Assembly: GCA_044224875.1 (NCBI GenBank)
Contig: JBGAJQ010000027.1
Coordinates: forward strand, 1-61,765
Length of the DNA stretch: 61,765 nt
Reading direction: 5' to 3'
Source: Gemmatimonadaceae bacterium
GTDB taxonomy: Bacteria; Gemmatimonadota; Gemmatimonadetes; Gemmatimonadales; Gemmatimonadaceae
Shown here: piece after piece, positions 59,147 to 61,765 of the stretch
Numbering within the stretch: position 1 is the stretch's first letter
Layout: every line of letters begins with the position of its first letter
Notes under the pieces: generated by a model
Told to the model about the DNA's origin: nothing
Seen by the model: only the letters and a program-made list of their open reading frames with translations
Databases searched by the model: none
Made by a program: the position numbers and the translations under genes

Positions 59147-60024
59147 GGGGTGCGGTCGCGTGAAGTCGGAGTGGGCACCTGACGGTGCTGATCAAGGATC
59201 ACCTGCGCCATGCGCACGCTGGCCATGTCGATCATGACGCCATCCAGGCTCACGGCGCCGTGGCCGTCGCGGCTGGCGGCCACGGCGGCCGCCACCACGC
59301 GCTGCGCGTGGGCCAGCTCCATGGGCGACGGCGCGAAGACGGCGGCCGCCGTGGCGAGTTGCGACGGGTGAATGCACTGCTTGCCATCAAAGCCTAACGA
59401 TCGTGCAATGCGACACGACCGTTCGAACCCGAGGGCGTCCTGGTGCGCGGCGTACGGACCGTCGATGCAGCGCAGGCCATTTGCCCTGGCGGCCGCCACG
59501 ATCGTCTGCATGACCGCGTGCCAGCGATGGCCGGGGTAGCCCTCGTCGTGTTCGTCCGCTACGCCAATTCCCGCTAGCGGCATCCGCATGGACGCGGCAA
59601 TCTCGCGCACCCACACGAACCCAGCCGCACTCTCGATCTGTGCTTCGATGCCGATCCGACGCGGGAGCCTAACGTGCGCCTCCACCTGTGTCAGCAACAC
59701 GTCGAGAAACGAGATGTCCGCCGGGCCACGCGTCTTGGGCAGCATGATGACATCCACGCGGTCACCCGCGCCTTCCACCACGTCGATGACGTCGCGGTAC
59801 GCGAAGGATGTGTCCAGCGCGTTGATCCGCACCATGCGTGTTCGAGATCCAAAGTCGACCTCGCGCAGCGCTTGAATCACGGTTCCCCGTGCCTCGGCCT
59901 TCTGCTCCGTTGACACAGAGTCCTCGAGATCGAGGCACACCGCGTCGGCTGGGCTCGCGGCGGCTTTGTCGATCATTGTCCGGCGCGTTCCCGGCACAAA
60001 CAGCATGTTGCGCTCAGCTCGCAT
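59143..60024 (-). CDS. CitE/malyl-CoA lyase family protein with an apparent internal in-frame deletion
   Basis: LFVPG, DLEDSV, VRIN, LPK, QIES, DGP, GFDGKQCIHP; the usual FGxxD segment is absent. Confidence 0.82.
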   Translation of the reverse strand: MRAERNMLFVPGTRRTMIDKAAASPADAVCLDLEDSVSTEQKAEARGTVIQALREVDFGSRTRMVRINALDTSFAYRDVIDVVEGAGDRVDVIMLPKTRGPADISFLDVLLTQVEAHVRLPRRIGIEAQIESAAGFVWVREIAASMRMPLAGIGVADEHDEGYPGHRWHAVMQTIVAAARANGLRCIDGPYAAHQDALGFERSCRIARSLGFDGKQCIHPSQLATAAAVFAPSPMELAHAQRVVAAAVAASRDGHGAVSLDGVMIDMASVRMAQVILDQHRQVPTPTSRDRTP

Positions 60025-60141
60025 CGCGTGACCTGGAGACGGTACTCTCGATTTGCTGCGAGCGGTGGCAGTTAGTTCGTCGCTGGCCGATCGACGTCCT
60101 GGGACGACGCAATGCGCCGAGGCCCGCAGGGCGAACTCGCA

Positions 60142-61346
60142 TCATCGGACCACTCTCGGCAACTTGGGGCTCAGGTGCATTAGCACGTCGTAGACGGAGA
60201 TTCCGGCCGCCGCCGCGAGCCCGTTGGGATGGATTGCCCAGTCGTCCGGCCCCAGCAGCGTGGCCACATCCCCAATCTTCACGTCGGTCGTTGCGCCCAG
60301 GTCGACGATCGCGTGGCTCGCGCTCACCGCGCCAATAACCGGGTAGGATCGGCTGCCGATGCGAATCATGCCGCCGTTCACGGCACGCCGCGGATAGCCA
60401 TCGGCGTGGCCCATGGGAATGGTGGCAACCCACGTTGGCGCCGATGCCGTGAAGTGTCGCCCATAGCTGACCGAGTCTCCGGCGCGCAACTGCTCCACGC
60501 GCACCACACGGGCCTTCAGCCGCAACGCCACCGCGAGTTGGGCGATCGTGCGCTCGCGGCCGTCGTCGGTTGGGTACGCCCCGAACAGGGCGATGCTCGG
60601 TCGCACGGCGTCCAGCAGGGTCGCCTTGTTGTTGAACACCGCATGCGATGACGCCGCGTGCAACATACCCATGCCGATCCCCGCCGCGCGCGCCTCCGTC
60701 GCCAGCTGCACCAAGCGCTGTACTTGTTCCACGTCGAACGCGGCGTCTTCGTCAACTCGGTTAAGGTTCCAGTAACCGTAAGACTCGATTGCGAAGCCAT
60801 CTCGCGCAGGGTCGGGAGCGCACGATGGTACGGCAGCCCCATCCGGCTCATGCCCGTGTCGATGTAGAACTCGCCCGTCGCGCGGCGGCCGGCCCGGGTG
60901 GTGGCCAGGGCCACACGGCGCGCGGCCTCCGGTGTCGCCAGACTCAGTGTGATCCCGCGCCGGACCAGTACCTCGCCCTCCGCTTCGTCAAAAAGGGCCA
61001 GCAACAGAACCGGCTTGCGGATCCCCGCATCGCGTAGCGCCACCGCCTCGTCCACCTTCACCACCGCCAAGCGGGACACGCCTGGATGGGCGTCGAGGAT
61101 CGAGGCCACCTCCAGCAATCCAAGTCCGTAGCCGTTGTTCTTGATCACCGCCGTAAGCGGGCGCTTCCCCGACAGCTGCGACAAGGCCGACACATTGGTG
61201 CGTAGCGCCTCGGCCTCCACCTCGATCCACGGCTCAAATCGCTCTGGATCGATTTCCCTTCCCAGTGGGCGCGCGCCGGGAAGGATCACGGACGCCAACG
61301 GCGCTGCGGCCAGGCTCGTCACAAAGGAACGACGGGAGGTTGGCAC
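60142..61346 (-). pseudogene. Alanine racemase-like PLP enzyme with Tat signal, split by one frameshift (probably artefact)
   Basis: SRRSF Tat motif, AVIKNNGYG, IDTGMSRMG in ORF 60516..61601; VRPS, VSYG, GHADG in ORF 60142..60732; missing base near 60751. Confidence 0.82.
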
Positions 61347-61610
61347 AGCGTGCGGTGAGCGGGGTGGGAGCGGTCTGCGGCGCGGTGGTGCGCCGGGCCG
61401 AGCGAGCCTGGATCGGCCGCGAGGAACAGGGCCAACATTGACCCACGCCGGTGATGCGTCAAGCCGAGTTGGCAGCACGGATCGCGATTGGACAACGGCG
61501 CGTCCAACGCAACTGGACCGCGCCCCGGGTATCCACGCGCGCATCGCAACTACCACGCGCCACATAGATCCGGCCCGACGCAGATGTGACGCGGGCCGCA
61601 CGTGCCCCGA

Positions 61611-61765
61611 CTACGGCTTCGGCGGTGGAATACGTGACGAATGGCCAGCGACCAACTGCCAGCGAGCCGAGCGCCAAACCAAGACATCCGTAAAGCGCTG
61701 CTTGCGTTCCACCGGGGTTCCATCTCGCATGGTGGTCGTGGTCGCGATGGCGTTGAAGACCGCGG
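61611..61765 (-). CDS. C-terminal fragment of an NTF2-like (DUF4440/SnoaL) protein
   Basis: Manual translation ...AVFNAIATTTTMRDGTPVERKQRFTDVLVWRSARWQLVAGHSSRIPPPKP*. Confidence 0.65.
   Translation of the reverse strand, partial: AVFNAIATTTTMRDGTPVERKQRFTDVLVWRSARWQLVAGHSSRIPPPKP

Noticed and set aside
799..59673. TTAGG read as a telomeric repeat or eukaryotic contamination
   Set aside because: Copies are dispersed singly inside bacterial genes, not in tandem arrays

Overview
High-GC bacterial chromosomal segment with about 55 genes. The protein repertoire suggests Gemmatimonadota, which is an inference and was not searched. In order: a ccmABCDEFGH cytochrome c maturation operon (ccmF frameshifted twice); corA; a vWA protein; a PAS-GGDEF(degenerate)-EAL protein; an ArsR / DUF302 / DUF2892 / PII-like / RND-MFP-TolC block whose two promoter regions share a 21-bp operator-like motif; secreted M14, S9 and M28 peptidases and an ASPIC/UnbV protein; a complete quinohemoprotein amine dehydrogenase cluster (qhpG-A-D-C-B-F-E) lying directly downstream of, and overlapping, a sugar ABC transporter operon that is divergent from pentose isomerase and ribulokinase genes; csp-rpsU; araD; a ChaN-like lipoprotein; a Tat-exported glycosidase-like protein; a di-heme oxidoreductase; a NiCoT transporter; a Ser/Thr kinase; a desaturase; an HNH protein; a Vat-like acetyltransferase; MaoC and CitE; and a Tat-signal alanine-racemase-like gene. 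Most notable: (1) the sugar-linked QHNDH, whose gamma subunit has a variant active-site region; (2) a non-palindromic motif CCTAACR/YGTTAGG seen about 41 times, in several reading frames and through rare codons; (3) a putative ArsR operator. No rRNA, tRNA, CRISPR array or mobile element was seen. Several single-base indels suggest long-read assembly errors.
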